Position numbers and translations under genes: made by a program. Of a DNA stretch of 33,644 bases, positions 1 to 8,703 are shown in pieces. The notes below the pieces were generated by a model that saw only the letters and a program-made list of their open reading frames with translations, was not told the origin of the DNA and ran no database searches. The stretch's first letter is position 1; each line of letters begins with the position of its first letter. Location: positions 1 to 33,644 of IMG/VR virus record IMGVR_UViG_3300042260_000028. One strand, given 5' to 3'. Source of the stretch: a virus (taxonomy: Duplodnaviria; Caudoviricetes).

Positions 1-10
1 TGCTGCACTG

Positions 11-100
11 CAACATGACTACACAGTATGCATTGTTACTCAACAGTCTACAACGTGACTCATCTGTAGCTAAAGTGACTCATCAGTTGCCAAGTGACGT
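11..100. repeat. Degenerate tandem repeat, 20-bp period, 4 units plus a partial fifth (core GTGACTCANCAGT)
   Basis: Units: caacatgactacacagtatg (11-30), cattgttactcaacagtcta (31-50), caacgtgactcatctgtagc (51-70), taaagtgactcatcagttgc (71-90), caagtgacgt (91-100). Followed by G-tract gggggagggg at 110-119. Confidence 0.75.
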
Positions 101-219
101 TAAAGTCATGGGGGAGGGGTACAGAGCTAGTGAGAATTGTTGTGGGAGCCTACAACGTCCACAAAAAAGGCTATAAAGGACTTAATTGGGGACAGATTAG
201 ACCTCAGTCCTTAAAGCGC

Positions 220-232
220 TAAGTAGTTGATA
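220..232 (-). promoter_or_regulatory. Putative IHF binding site
   Basis: Minus strand TATCAACTACTTA matches WATCAANNNNTTR exactly, with a T-rich tract on its 5' side (+ strand aagaaaaag at 236-244). Confidence 0.5.
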
Positions 233-369
233 TACAAGAAAAAGTATAAGAACTAGACAATCCGTAGTGTTTAGCGTATAAGGGAATGAAATCTGTACAC
301 CGTAGGCAGTGTTAGTGGAGCGTCTAAGTGTAAAAGATGAAATAAATTGTAACAAAATGAAGAAAAAGC

Positions 370-398
370 TTGACAGATCCCCATTTCCGTGGTATAAT
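370..398 (+). promoter_or_regulatory. Consensus sigma70 promoter for the morphogenesis arm
   Basis: TTGACA (370-375), 17-nt spacer, TATAAT (393-398), extended -10 TG at 390-391, A-rich UP-like tract upstream. Confidence 0.9.
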
Positions 399-400
399 AT

Positions 401-690
401 ACTTAGAAGGTAAGAAAAGTAACTAAGAAGGTGATGGACTCTTAAGTTGCTACAGCGAATCTGCACAGTTGGATACAACGAATGTAGACGTACCTAGATG
501 TCTAAGCTTAGAAGTTACATACTATAAGTTACTTACAACAAGTACTTATAATATTTAACTTAGTAAGTTCTTAACTTCTACGTTACCTTTAAAGTACTTT
601 AAGTGCATAGACGTATGTCGTATAGATGTTTTGTCTATCCGACAGGATGTCTATCTTACTTAAGGTTGTCTCCCTTAGAAAGGACAAAGA
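401..690 (+). ncRNA. Putative structured leader or non-coding RNA upstream of terS
   Basis: No credible + strand ORF. Nested inverted repeats: 401-413/583-595, 418-424/445-451, 460-465/483-488, 509-517/572-580, 599-605/657-663, 607-614/647-654, several with G-U pairs on the + strand. Confidence 0.45.
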
Positions 691-693
691 CAT

Positions 694-1065
694 ATGGAAC
701 ATGAAGAACCACAGAAACGTACTAAGATTGGAAGACCAAAGAAGTCTGAGATCAAAGAAATAAAAGAAAGTAGATCAGTTGGTCGCCCTAAGGGTGAAGC
801 TGCTATTATCAATGAGTACAAGCTACGTATGCTTAACTCACCTAAGAGTGCTCGTGTACTAGAGGCTATATACGATGCAGCTCTTAACGATGAACATAAG
901 AACCAAGCTGCTGCATGGAAGCTGATTGTCGATAGGATTGTTCCTGTCTCAGCATTCGAACAGACTAAGCAAGGTAACGGTAGTATGCCTCAGATCAGTA
1001 TCAACATTACTGGGTTGTCTACACCTACTGTGTCTACCTCAGACGAGGACGTTATAGATGTCTGA
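694..1065 (+). CDS. terS: Terminase small subunit (putative)
   Basis: Directly upstream of and overlapping terL; basic GRPK motifs at the N-terminus; C-terminal QISINITG strand; RBS aagga. Confidence 0.7.
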   Translation: MEHEEPQKRTKIGRPKKSEIKEIKESRSVGRPKGEAAIINEYKLRMLNSPKSARVLEAIYDAALNDEHKNQAAAWKLIVDRIVPVSAFEQTKQGNGSMPQISINITGLSTPTVSTSDEDVIDV

Positions 1066-2341
1066 CGCTAACGCTGAATTAAACTTTGCACTGCTCAAGT
1101 GGCAGCAAGAGGTGTTTAAGTCTGAGCATCGCTTTAAAGTGGTAGCTGCTGGTCGCCGTTGTGGTAAGTCCCGACTGTCTGCCGTAACACTCCTTATCGA
1201 GGCTTTGAACTGTCCTGAAGGGTCTGCGGTGATGTACATCGCTCCCACCTTGGGACAAGCCCGTACCATTATCTGGGACTTGCTGCATGACTTAGGTCGT
1301 CCAGTGATCAAGTCCAGTCACATTAACAACCTTGAGATTACTCTTGTCAACGGAAGGAAGATCCTTGTTCGAGGCGCTGATAACCCTGATAGTCTTCGTG
1401 GTGTGTCCCTTACTTACGTGGTATTGGACGAATGTGCTTTCATTAAGCAAGAGATTTGGGAAAAGGTTATTCGAGCTTCTCTGTCTGACAAAAAAGGTAG
1501 AGCCTTGTTTATCTCCACACCAAGTGGACGTAACTGGTTCTACGACATCTACAAGTTTGGTCAAGAAGACAAAGACGGTGTAGTAGATGATGAGTGGAAG
1601 TCATGGCACTATACCACTGAAGACAACGAGACTATCGATCCTAAAGAAGTAGAGGCTGCTAAGCGTACCTTGAGTAGCTTTGCATTCAAGCAGGAATACC
1701 TATCCAGCTTTGATAACGCAGGCTCTGACCTGTTTAAAGAGGATTGGTTCAAGCTTGCTAAAGAGCCTCAGTATGGACAGTACGTAGTTGCTATTGACTT
1801 GGCAGGCTTTGAAGAGGTAGGTAAGAACGCAGGTGCAGCTAAGAAGCGCCTAGACGAGTCTGCCATTGCCATCGTGAAGCTAGAGGATAACGGTAACTGG
1901 TGGGTACATAAGATTGTACATGGACGATGGGACATCCGAGAGACTTGTGTACACATACTTAAGAGTATCCGTGACTACAAGCCTATCGCTGTAGGCATTG
2001 AACGTGGTGCTCTGAAGAATGCTGTACTGCCTTACCTCAATGACTTGATGCGTAAGAACAACATCTACTCTCATATCCAAGACTTAACTCACGGTAACAA
2101 GAAGAAGACAGACAGGGTTGTGTGGTCGCTCCAAGGGCGCATGGAACACGGTAGAGTCTCCTTCAACATTGATGAAGAGTGGGGTGAGTTTAAAGATCAG
2201 ATGATCATGTTCCCTACAGCAGGCGTACATGATGACTTAATTGATGCTCTAAGTTACGTGGATCAGTTGGCTGTGTCTAACTACCAGCAAGACTACGAAG
2301 ACGATGACTATGAAGTTTTAGACCCAATATCGGGCTACTAA
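1058..2341 (+). CDS. terL: Terminase large subunit
   Basis: Walker A AAGRRCGKS, Walker B YVVLDE, motif III FISTPSG, nuclease acidic motifs AIDLAG and HDDLIDA. Confidence 0.95.
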   Translation: MSDANAELNFALLKWQQEVFKSEHRFKVVAAGRRCGKSRLSAVTLLIEALNCPEGSAVMYIAPTLGQARTIIWDLLHDLGRPVIKSSHINNLEITLVNGRKILVRGADNPDSLRGVSLTYVVLDECAFIKQEIWEKVIRASLSDKKGRALFISTPSGRNWFYDIYKFGQEDKDGVVDDEWKSWHYTTEDNETIDPKEVEAAKRTLSSFAFKQEYLSSFDNAGSDLFKEDWFKLAKEPQYGQYVVAIDLAGFEEVGKNAGAAKKRLDESAIAIVKLEDNGNWWVHKIVHGRWDIRETCVHILKSIRDYKPIAVGIERGALKNAVLPYLNDLMRKNNIYSHIQDLTHGNKKKTDRVVWSLQGRMEHGRVSFNIDEEWGEFKDQMIMFPTAGVHDDLIDALSYVDQLAVSNYQQDYEDDDYEVLDPISGY

Positions 2342-2354
2342 AGGAACACAAACA

Positions 2355-4388
2355 ATGGCTGAAGAACAGTTTAACGAGAGTCAGTTTGAAGAGCCTACAG
2401 AGAATGAGAAAGAACTCACCTCTTGGGTTACTGACCACATCACACGGTGGCGTGACTACCGTGATGGTAACTACATGGATTTATGGCTCGAATATGAGCG
2501 TATCTTCCGTGGCGTGTGGGACACAAGCGACAAGACCCGTGAATCGGAGCGTAGCCGTATCATCTCCCCTGCCACTCAGCAGGCTGTAGAGACTCGTCAC
2601 GCTGAGATCATTGAGGCTATCTTCGGTCAAGGTGAGTTCTTTGACATTGAAGATGACATCAAGGACGTTAACGGTAATCCCTTAGACGTTGAGCAGTTAA
2701 AAGCTCAGTTGATGGAAGACTTCAAGCGTGACAAGATCAAGAAAGCTATCGACCAGATTGAGTTGATGGCTGAAATCTACGGTACAGGTATCGGTGAGAT
2801 TATCGTCAAAGCTGAAAAGCAGTACGCTCCAGCTACTCAAGCCATCCCCGGAATTGCTAACGCAGCCGCTATTGGTGTTGAAGAGACTGAGCGTGTAGCG
2901 GTTAAGATCAAACCTGTTAACCCTAAGAACTTCCTGATCGATCCTAACGCAGATTCTATCGAAGATGCTATGGGTGTTGCCATTGAGAAGTATGTCTCCT
3001 TACACAAAGTCGTTGAAGGTATTGAATCTGGTATCTACAAGAAGGTTAACATTGGTTCTTCCTTTGATGATCCTGATTTAGAGCCTACTCAAGATATTAC
3101 TCAGTATCAAGATGACAAGGTTAAGCTGGTTACTTACTACGGCTTAGTGCCGAAAGAGTACTTAGATGCCGAAGAAAGTGAAGAGTACGAAGAAATCTTC
3201 CCTGAAGGCTCTCAAGCTGATGACTACTGCAACATGGTGGAAGCCATTGTAGTGATCGCTAACGATGGTATCTTGCTCAAAGCTGAAGCTAACCCTTACA
3301 TGATGAAGGATCGTCCTGTTATCGCCTATCAAGACGATACAGTTCCCGGTCGTTTCTGGGGTCGTGGTACGGTAGAGAAGGCATATAACATGCAGAAGGC
3401 CATTGATGGTCAGCTTCGTGCTCATATGGACTCTTTAGCCCTCACCACCGCGCCTATGATCGCTATGGACGCTACCCGTTTACCTCGTGGCGCTAAGTTC
3501 GAGATCAAGCCCGGTAAAGCTATCCTGACTAACGGTTCTCCAAGTGAGATTCTATACCCCTTCAAGTTCGGTCAGACTGATGGTAATGCCGCAGCAGCAG
3601 CTCAGAACTTTGAACGTATGCTCTTGCAGGCTACAGGTACTGTTGACAGTGCTGGTATGCCCTCTAATGTGCCTCGTGACGCTACCGCTGGTGGTATGTC
3701 GATGGCTATGGCTGGAATTATCAAGAAGTATAAGCGTACTCTGACAAACTTCCAAGAAGATTTCATGATGCCTTTCATCTATAAAGCTGCTTATCGCTAT
3801 ATGCAGTTTGATAGTGAGCGCTACCCTACTGTGGATATGAATTTTATCCCTACAGCTACCTTGGGTATCTTGGCACGAGAGTTTGAACAGCAGCAACTGA
3901 TTGGTTTGCTCCAGACACTGGGGCCAAATACTCCAGTCTTGCCTCTGATCCTAAAAGGAATCTTGCAGAATAGCTCCTTGACTAACCGTGGCGAGTTGAT
4001 TGCTACATTAGACCAGATGAGTCAGCCTGATCCGAAAGCTCAAGAGATGCAAATGCAGCAACAACAGCTTCAAACGCAGTTGTTACAGGCTCAGATTGCA
4101 GATTTGGAAGCTAAGGCACAGAAATCTGGTGCGGATGCTCAGAAATCTGTGGTGGAGGCTCAACTTGCACCTCAGGTGGCACAAGCTAAGATTGTTTCTG
4201 CGCTTTCAACCAACTTAGATGAAGATAATGAAGCTAAGGACTTTGAACGCCGTTATAAACTTGCCGAATTAGCTATTAAACAGGAAGATATTCAGAGCAA
4301 TGAGCGTATTGCTTTAGCTCAAATGAATGCCAAGAAGACTGAAGATTCTATTTTCCAAGAATTAATGAAAGATACATCGAATGGCTGA
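2355..4388 (+). CDS. Portal protein (P22-like/podovirus)
   Basis: 677 aa after terL; PGRFWGRG and NFLIDP motifs; Gln-rich coiled-coil C-terminal barrel. Confidence 0.88.
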   Translation: MAEEQFNESQFEEPTENEKELTSWVTDHITRWRDYRDGNYMDLWLEYERIFRGVWDTSDKTRESERSRIISPATQQAVETRHAEIIEAIFGQGEFFDIEDDIKDVNGNPLDVEQLKAQLMEDFKRDKIKKAIDQIELMAEIYGTGIGEIIVKAEKQYAPATQAIPGIANAAAIGVEETERVAVKIKPVNPKNFLIDPNADSIEDAMGVAIEKYVSLHKVVEGIESGIYKKVNIGSSFDDPDLEPTQDITQYQDDKVKLVTYYGLVPKEYLDAEESEEYEEIFPEGSQADDYCNMVEAIVVIANDGILLKAEANPYMMKDRPVIAYQDDTVPGRFWGRGTVEKAYNMQKAIDGQLRAHMDSLALTTAPMIAMDATRLPRGAKFEIKPGKAILTNGSPSEILYPFKFGQTDGNAAAAAQNFERMLLQATGTVDSAGMPSNVPRDATAGGMSMAMAGIIKKYKRTLTNFQEDFMMPFIYKAAYRYMQFDSERYPTVDMNFIPTATLGILAREFEQQQLIGLLQTLGPNTPVLPLILKGILQNSSLTNRGELIATLDQMSQPDPKAQEMQMQQQQLQTQLLQAQIADLEAKAQKSGADAQKSVVEAQLAPQVAQAKIVSALSTNLDEDNEAKDFERRYKLAELAIKQEDIQSNERIALAQMNAKKTEDSIFQELMKDTSNG

Positions 4389-6327
4389 TACTAATTTACT
4401 TGTTCTTGCTCGTGAATACAAGAAACTGAGAGAAGAAGTTAAACGAGTTCTTCAATTACCTAAAGGCGACACAGGTGCTAAAGGTGACAAAGGAGATACT
4501 GGCGATACTGGCCCTCAGGGTTTTCCGGGTAGGGACGGTAAAGATGGTATCAACGGATATAATGGTACAGATGGTACTAATGGTAAAGATGGACAGGACG
4601 GGGAAGATGGCTTAGATGGTGTAGGTATCAAGAATGCTTACATTGACTTTGACAACTCCCTTGTCATTGTTCTGACAGACGGTAAAGAGATTAACGCAGG
4701 GTACTTGAATCAGGAAGCTAAAGAAGCTGTAATGGCTACGATTAAGCAAGGTGCTTCTACGATTAATGAGTTGTTACCTTCACAGACGGGTAATGCTGGT
4801 AAGTTTTTAACTACAGACGGTACTAATGCTTCTTGGACTAACTCAGGTACGTTCACAGAAATCGCTGTAACCACTGCTTCTGGCAACGCCGTCATTTCCT
4901 CCAACACCAGCATCACAAGCTGGATGTACTCGGGCAATACTTTTTCTGTCGCGGGTCAGGAATCAAACCCAACAGGTTTGTTTATCGGGTCTGCTGGCAC
5001 AAAGATGTACGTCAACGGAACCTCTGGAGATGACGTAAATGAATACACGCTCGGCACTGCATGGGACATCACGACAGCCACGTTTGTTCAAATATTTTCA
5101 ACAGCAGCGCAAGACTCCGCACCTAACGACATCTTTTTCAAGCCTGACGGTTTGTCCATGTTTATCATGGGCAACACAACGGACACGGTCTATCAGTACA
5201 CCCTTGGCACAGCTTGGAACATTTCAACAGCGTCTTATGCCAGCAAATCGTTCAGTGTAACCACGCAGGAGGCCACGCCTACTGGTTTATGGTTTAAGCC
5301 AGATGGTACAGCGATGTATGTAGTTGGATCAACCGGTGATTCGGTTTTCCAGTACGCTCTTGGAACGGCTTGGGATGTTTCAACAGCTTCTTACGGCGGT
5401 GTTTTTTACAGTTTTGCAGCACAAGAAACTAGTGCTAACCAAGTAAACCTAAGTGACGACGGCCTCAAAATGTGGGTGCTCGGGCAGATTGGCCGCGACA
5501 TCTGGGAGTATGACCTCGGTACTGCTTGGGACGTCAGCACAGCAACGCCAGTCAATAATTTTTACGTTGGCTTTCAAGATAACACTCCAACCGGAATGTT
5601 TATTAACAGAACGGCGTCAAACCGGGTTTACATGCTCGGCTTGGCTTCAGACGCTGTTTTCCAGTACAACACTGCCACCAATTCTGCCGAGTTCAACACA
5701 GACAAGCTGTACACACCCGGTACGCTGTCTGTAAACGGTAACTTGGTTGCTGGTGCAAACGCCTATGTTGACGGAGCATTAACTGTTCAGGGCGCTGCAA
5801 CACTTGGATCACTGGCCGTAGGTACAACCACAATTTCAGGCACGCCCACACTAGGGACGGGCACGGGCGCTCTTACTTGTGCTCTTGGTGCTGGTGCAAC
5901 TGCCAGTGGGTCGTTAAAAACGGTCAACATCGGCACTGCTGGTCTGTCCGGTTCCACAACAGCCATCAACATTGGCTCTGCTGTATCTGGCGCAACCAGC
6001 ACCACCACGATGAACGGCTTGGTGATCGACAGCATATCTGCTGCTGTATCTGCTGCTGGTGCTACACAAGCAACTGCTACCGCCTTGGTATCCAACATCA
6101 ACAACGTCACCGTGATGGCTGCGGCTGCTGACGGTGTGCGGTTGCCCACTGCTGTGGCGGGTATGCGGATTCTGGTGAGAAACAGTGATGCTGCCGATGC
6201 ACTCAAGATTTACCCCGCAACAGGCGGCACGATCAACGCATTGGCGGCAAACGCTGCTTATTCGTTATCCATCGGCACGACCATTGAACTGATGGCAACT
6301 ACCGCTACCCAGTGGTACACCTTCTAA
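4381..6327 (+). CDS. Fibre-like virion protein: collagen G-X-Y stalk, five-repeat beta-propeller-like domain and Ala/Thr-rich C-terminus
   Basis: About 18 consecutive G-X-Y triplets; fibre motif LPSQTGNAGKFLTTDG; five roughly 50-aa repeats, four ending (Q/E)YxLGTAW(D/N)(I/V)(S/T)TA. Confidence 0.7.
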   Translation: MADTNLLVLAREYKKLREEVKRVLQLPKGDTGAKGDKGDTGDTGPQGFPGRDGKDGINGYNGTDGTNGKDGQDGEDGLDGVGIKNAYIDFDNSLVIVLTDGKEINAGYLNQEAKEAVMATIKQGASTINELLPSQTGNAGKFLTTDGTNASWTNSGTFTEIAVTTASGNAVISSNTSITSWMYSGNTFSVAGQESNPTGLFIGSAGTKMYVNGTSGDDVNEYTLGTAWDITTATFVQIFSTAAQDSAPNDIFFKPDGLSMFIMGNTTDTVYQYTLGTAWNISTASYASKSFSVTTQEATPTGLWFKPDGTAMYVVGSTGDSVFQYALGTAWDVSTASYGGVFYSFAAQETSANQVNLSDDGLKMWVLGQIGRDIWEYDLGTAWDVSTATPVNNFYVGFQDNTPTGMFINRTASNRVYMLGLASDAVFQYNTATNSAEFNTDKLYTPGTLSVNGNLVAGANAYVDGALTVQGAATLGSLAVGTTTISGTPTLGTGTGALTCALGAGATASGSLKTVNIGTAGLSGSTTAINIGSAVSGATSTTTMNGLVIDSISAAVSAAGATQATATALVSNINNVTVMAAAADGVRLPTAVAGMRILVRNSDAADALKIYPATGGTINALAANAAYSLSIGTTIELMATTATQWYTF

Positions 6328-6334
6328 ACTAAGT

Positions 6335-6577
6335 ATGAAGCAAGAATTACAAAAGTATTACGAGGAATCTTTCAATATGATGGCTACCCAAGGGTGGACT
6401 GACTTGTTGGAAGACCTCAAAAAGTTAAAAGATAGTTTAAATAATTTATCACAGGTAACGGACACACAAGACTTATTCTTCCGTAAAGGCCAGCTTGACA
6501 TATTAGACTTGATTTTAAATCGCAAAGATACGTGTGAACAAGTATATGAGGAGTTAGAGAATGAAGATTCTGAATGA
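6335..6577 (+). CDS. Hypothetical protein (head cluster)
   Basis: 80-aa ORF tightly packed in the operon and overlapping the next gene; acidic, helical. Confidence 0.7.
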   Translation: MKQELQKYYEESFNMMATQGWTDLLEDLKKLKDSLNNLSQVTDTQDLFFRKGQLDILDLILNRKDTCEQVYEELENEDSE

Positions 6578-6794
6578 CTTCAAGTGTAGGAACGATCACG
6601 TTACTGAAGCGCTAAGAGAAGACAGTGTAGATGCTATTGTGTGCCCTCATTGTGGCATGAATGCTGTCAAGGTACTGGCTGCACCTAGAAGTAATCTAGA
6701 GGGGTTCTCAGGAGCCTTTCCAGACGCATATGACAGGTGGAGCAAAGTACGGGCTGAAAAGCTCAAACAAGAGCAGAAACGGAACGTCCTGTAA
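6561..6794 (+). CDS. Small zinc-ribbon protein (FmdB-like)
   Basis: DFKCRNDH...CPHCG metal-binding pattern; RBS gaggag upstream. Confidence 0.65.
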   Translation: MKILNDFKCRNDHVTEALREDSVDAIVCPHCGMNAVKVLAAPRSNLEGFSGAFPDAYDRWSKVRAEKLKQEQKRNVL

Positions 6795-6869
6795 CAGGGA
6801 CACAACTCTGAATCTATTTTAAATTTATTATTATCCTTAGAACTCTAATGGAGCAAGGAAAGGTTAGGT

Positions 6870-7658
6870 ATGGCATTAATTGAAAATGAAGAACTGATTC
6901 AGCAAAGCGAAATCGATGCGGAAGACTTCAAGACCGAACAGGTTACTCAACAGGCTGAGCAAGATACTACACAGGTAGCTTCTGAGATTCCCGAGAAATA
7001 CAAGGGTAAGAATCTAGAAGATATTGTACGTATGCACCAAGAAGCTGAAAAGCTCATTGGTAGGCAGGCTCAAGAAGTAGGGGAAGTACGCCGTCTAGCA
7101 GATGAGCTTCTGAAACAAAAACTCTCTCAGACATCTACAAATGCACCCACCAAAGAAGAAACTGAGATCGACTTCTTTGAAGATCCTCAGTCAGCGGTTC
7201 AGAAAGCTGTTGCTAATCACCCAGATGTGTTAGCAGCTAAGCAAGCCTCTCAGCAGTTTAAGCAAATGCAGACCCAATCAATGCTCAACAAGAAGCATCC
7301 TGATTTTGCCGAGATTGTAAAAGATGGTGAGTTTATCGAATGGGTAAAAGGTTCTCCTTTGCGTCTTAATATGTACGCAATGGCAGATTCCGCTTATGAC
7401 TTCACAGCAGCAGATGAATTGTTGACTACTTTCAAACAGATCCGAACAGCTAAAACAGCTCAAACTACCGAAGCAGGAAACTCTGTCCGCAAACAGAACT
7501 TGAAGGCAGCTGCTGTAGACGTTGGTGGAACTGGTGAATCATCAAAGAAAGTATATCGCCGTGCCGACCTGATCCGGCTACGTATGACTGACCCGAATCG
7601 TTATGAAGCCTTGCAAACAGAAATCATGGCTGCATACGCTGAAGGCAGAGTTAAATAA
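6870..7658 (+). CDS. Capsid scaffolding protein
   Basis: Acidic helical protein immediately before the capsid gene; PEKYKGK motif; C-terminal EIMAAYAEGRVK coat-binding-type helix. Confidence 0.8.
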   Translation: MALIENEELIQQSEIDAEDFKTEQVTQQAEQDTTQVASEIPEKYKGKNLEDIVRMHQEAEKLIGRQAQEVGEVRRLADELLKQKLSQTSTNAPTKEETEIDFFEDPQSAVQKAVANHPDVLAAKQASQQFKQMQTQSMLNKKHPDFAEIVKDGEFIEWVKGSPLRLNMYAMADSAYDFTAADELLTTFKQIRTAKTAQTTEAGNSVRKQNLKAAAVDVGGTGESSKKVYRRADLIRLRMTDPNRYEALQTEIMAAYAEGRVK

Positions 7659-7699
7659 CAACACAATTTACAACTATTAATTCTTAAGGAGAATTTAAA

Positions 7700-8605
7700 A
7701 TGGGTTTAGGTACTAATAACGTTACAGTGACAACCGCAGCAACCTTCATTCCTGAAGTTTGGTCTGATGAGATTATCGCTGCTTACAAGAAGAGCTTGGT
7801 CGCTGCAAACTTGATCAAGAAAATGAACTTCAAGGGCAAGAAAGGTGACACTGTTCACATTCCAGCTCCTACTCGCGGTGACGCTTCTGCTAAGGCTGCT
7901 TCGACTCAGGTTACTCTGATCGCTGCCACCGAAGGCGAGAAGACTGTCTCTATTAACCAACATTGGGAATACAGCCGTCTGATCGAAGACATCGTTGAAG
8001 CTCAAGCTTTGACTAGCCTGCGTCAGTTCTACACTGATGACGCTGGTTACGCTTTGGGTAAGAAGGTTGACTCCACCATCATCCAGTTGGGTCGTAAGGC
8101 TAACGGCGGTGACGGTACTGCTGGCTACACCGGTGCTTACTCCGGTGCTGACGGTACTACCGCCTACACTGGTACTGCTGGTGCTTTGACCGATGCTGCT
8201 ATCCGCCGCACTATCCAGCGCTTGGACGACAACGATGTTCCTATGGACGGTCGTTTCTTGATCGTTCCTCCTTCGACTCGTAACACCTTGATGGGTATCG
8301 CTCGTTTCACTGAGCAAGCCTTCGTGGGTGAGACTGGCGCTTCTAACACCATCCGTAACGGTGAAGTTGGTAACGTGTACGGTATCCCCGTCTTCGTGAC
8401 CACCAACGCTGACACTGCTACTGACGGTGATCGTATCTGCTTGTTGGCTCACAAAGAGTTCGCAGTGCTGGTCGAGCAAATGGGTGTGCGTACTCAGACT
8501 CAGTACAAACAAGAATGGCTTGCCAACTTGTTCACTGCTGACGTTCTGTTCGGTTGCGACGAGTTGCGTGACTACTCCGCTGTTGCTTTGGCTGTTCCAG
8601 CTTAA
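7700..8605 (+). CDS. Major capsid protein (HK97 fold, P22/T7-like)
   Basis: FIPEVWS, KGDTVHIP and GNVYGIPVFVT motifs; strong RBS taaggag; strongly biased codons; followed by a terminator. Confidence 0.92.
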   Translation: MGLGTNNVTVTTAATFIPEVWSDEIIAAYKKSLVAANLIKKMNFKGKKGDTVHIPAPTRGDASAKAASTQVTLIAATEGEKTVSINQHWEYSRLIEDIVEAQALTSLRQFYTDDAGYALGKKVDSTIIQLGRKANGGDGTAGYTGAYSGADGTTAYTGTAGALTDAAIRRTIQRLDDNDVPMDGRFLIVPPSTRNTLMGIARFTEQAFVGETGASNTIRNGEVGNVYGIPVFVTTNADTATDGDRICLLAHKEFAVLVEQMGVRTQTQYKQEWLANLFTADVLFGCDELRDYSAVALAVPA

Positions 8606-8626
8606 TAGTAATAGTGTGATCTAAAC

Positions 8627-8658
8627 GGTTCCCCACTCAAAAGGTGGGGAGCCTTTTT
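8627..8658 (+). terminator. Rho-independent terminator after the capsid gene
   Basis: Stem ggttccccac/gtggggagcc followed by ttttt. Confidence 0.85.
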
Positions 8659-8703
8659 CATACGCTATTGACAACTGATAGCTTATAAGAAAGGTATTTA
8701 ACA

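Noticed and set aside
55-90. Minus-strand CTGATGAG resembling a hammerhead ribozyme core
   Set aside because: No stem II followed by GAAA and no flanking stems. The motif is explained by the 20-bp repeat.
11-100. Possible CRISPR or mini-array
   Set aside because: The 20-bp period leaves no room for spacers, the repeats are degenerate, and there are no cas genes in the window.
197-478. 93-aa minus-strand ORF
   Set aside because: It runs antisense across the strong promoter in A-rich DNA, has no clear RBS, and its Phe/Leu/Ser bias mirrors the A-tracts.
7706-8512. 268-aa ORF antisense to the capsid gene (likewise 23390-23977 and 26200-26805)
   Set aside because: Shadow ORFs expected from strong codon bias in the sense gene; no recognisable motifs.
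8668-8696. TTGACA after the capsid terminator as a promoter
   Set aside because: No acceptable -10 hexamer at 16-18 nt spacing.
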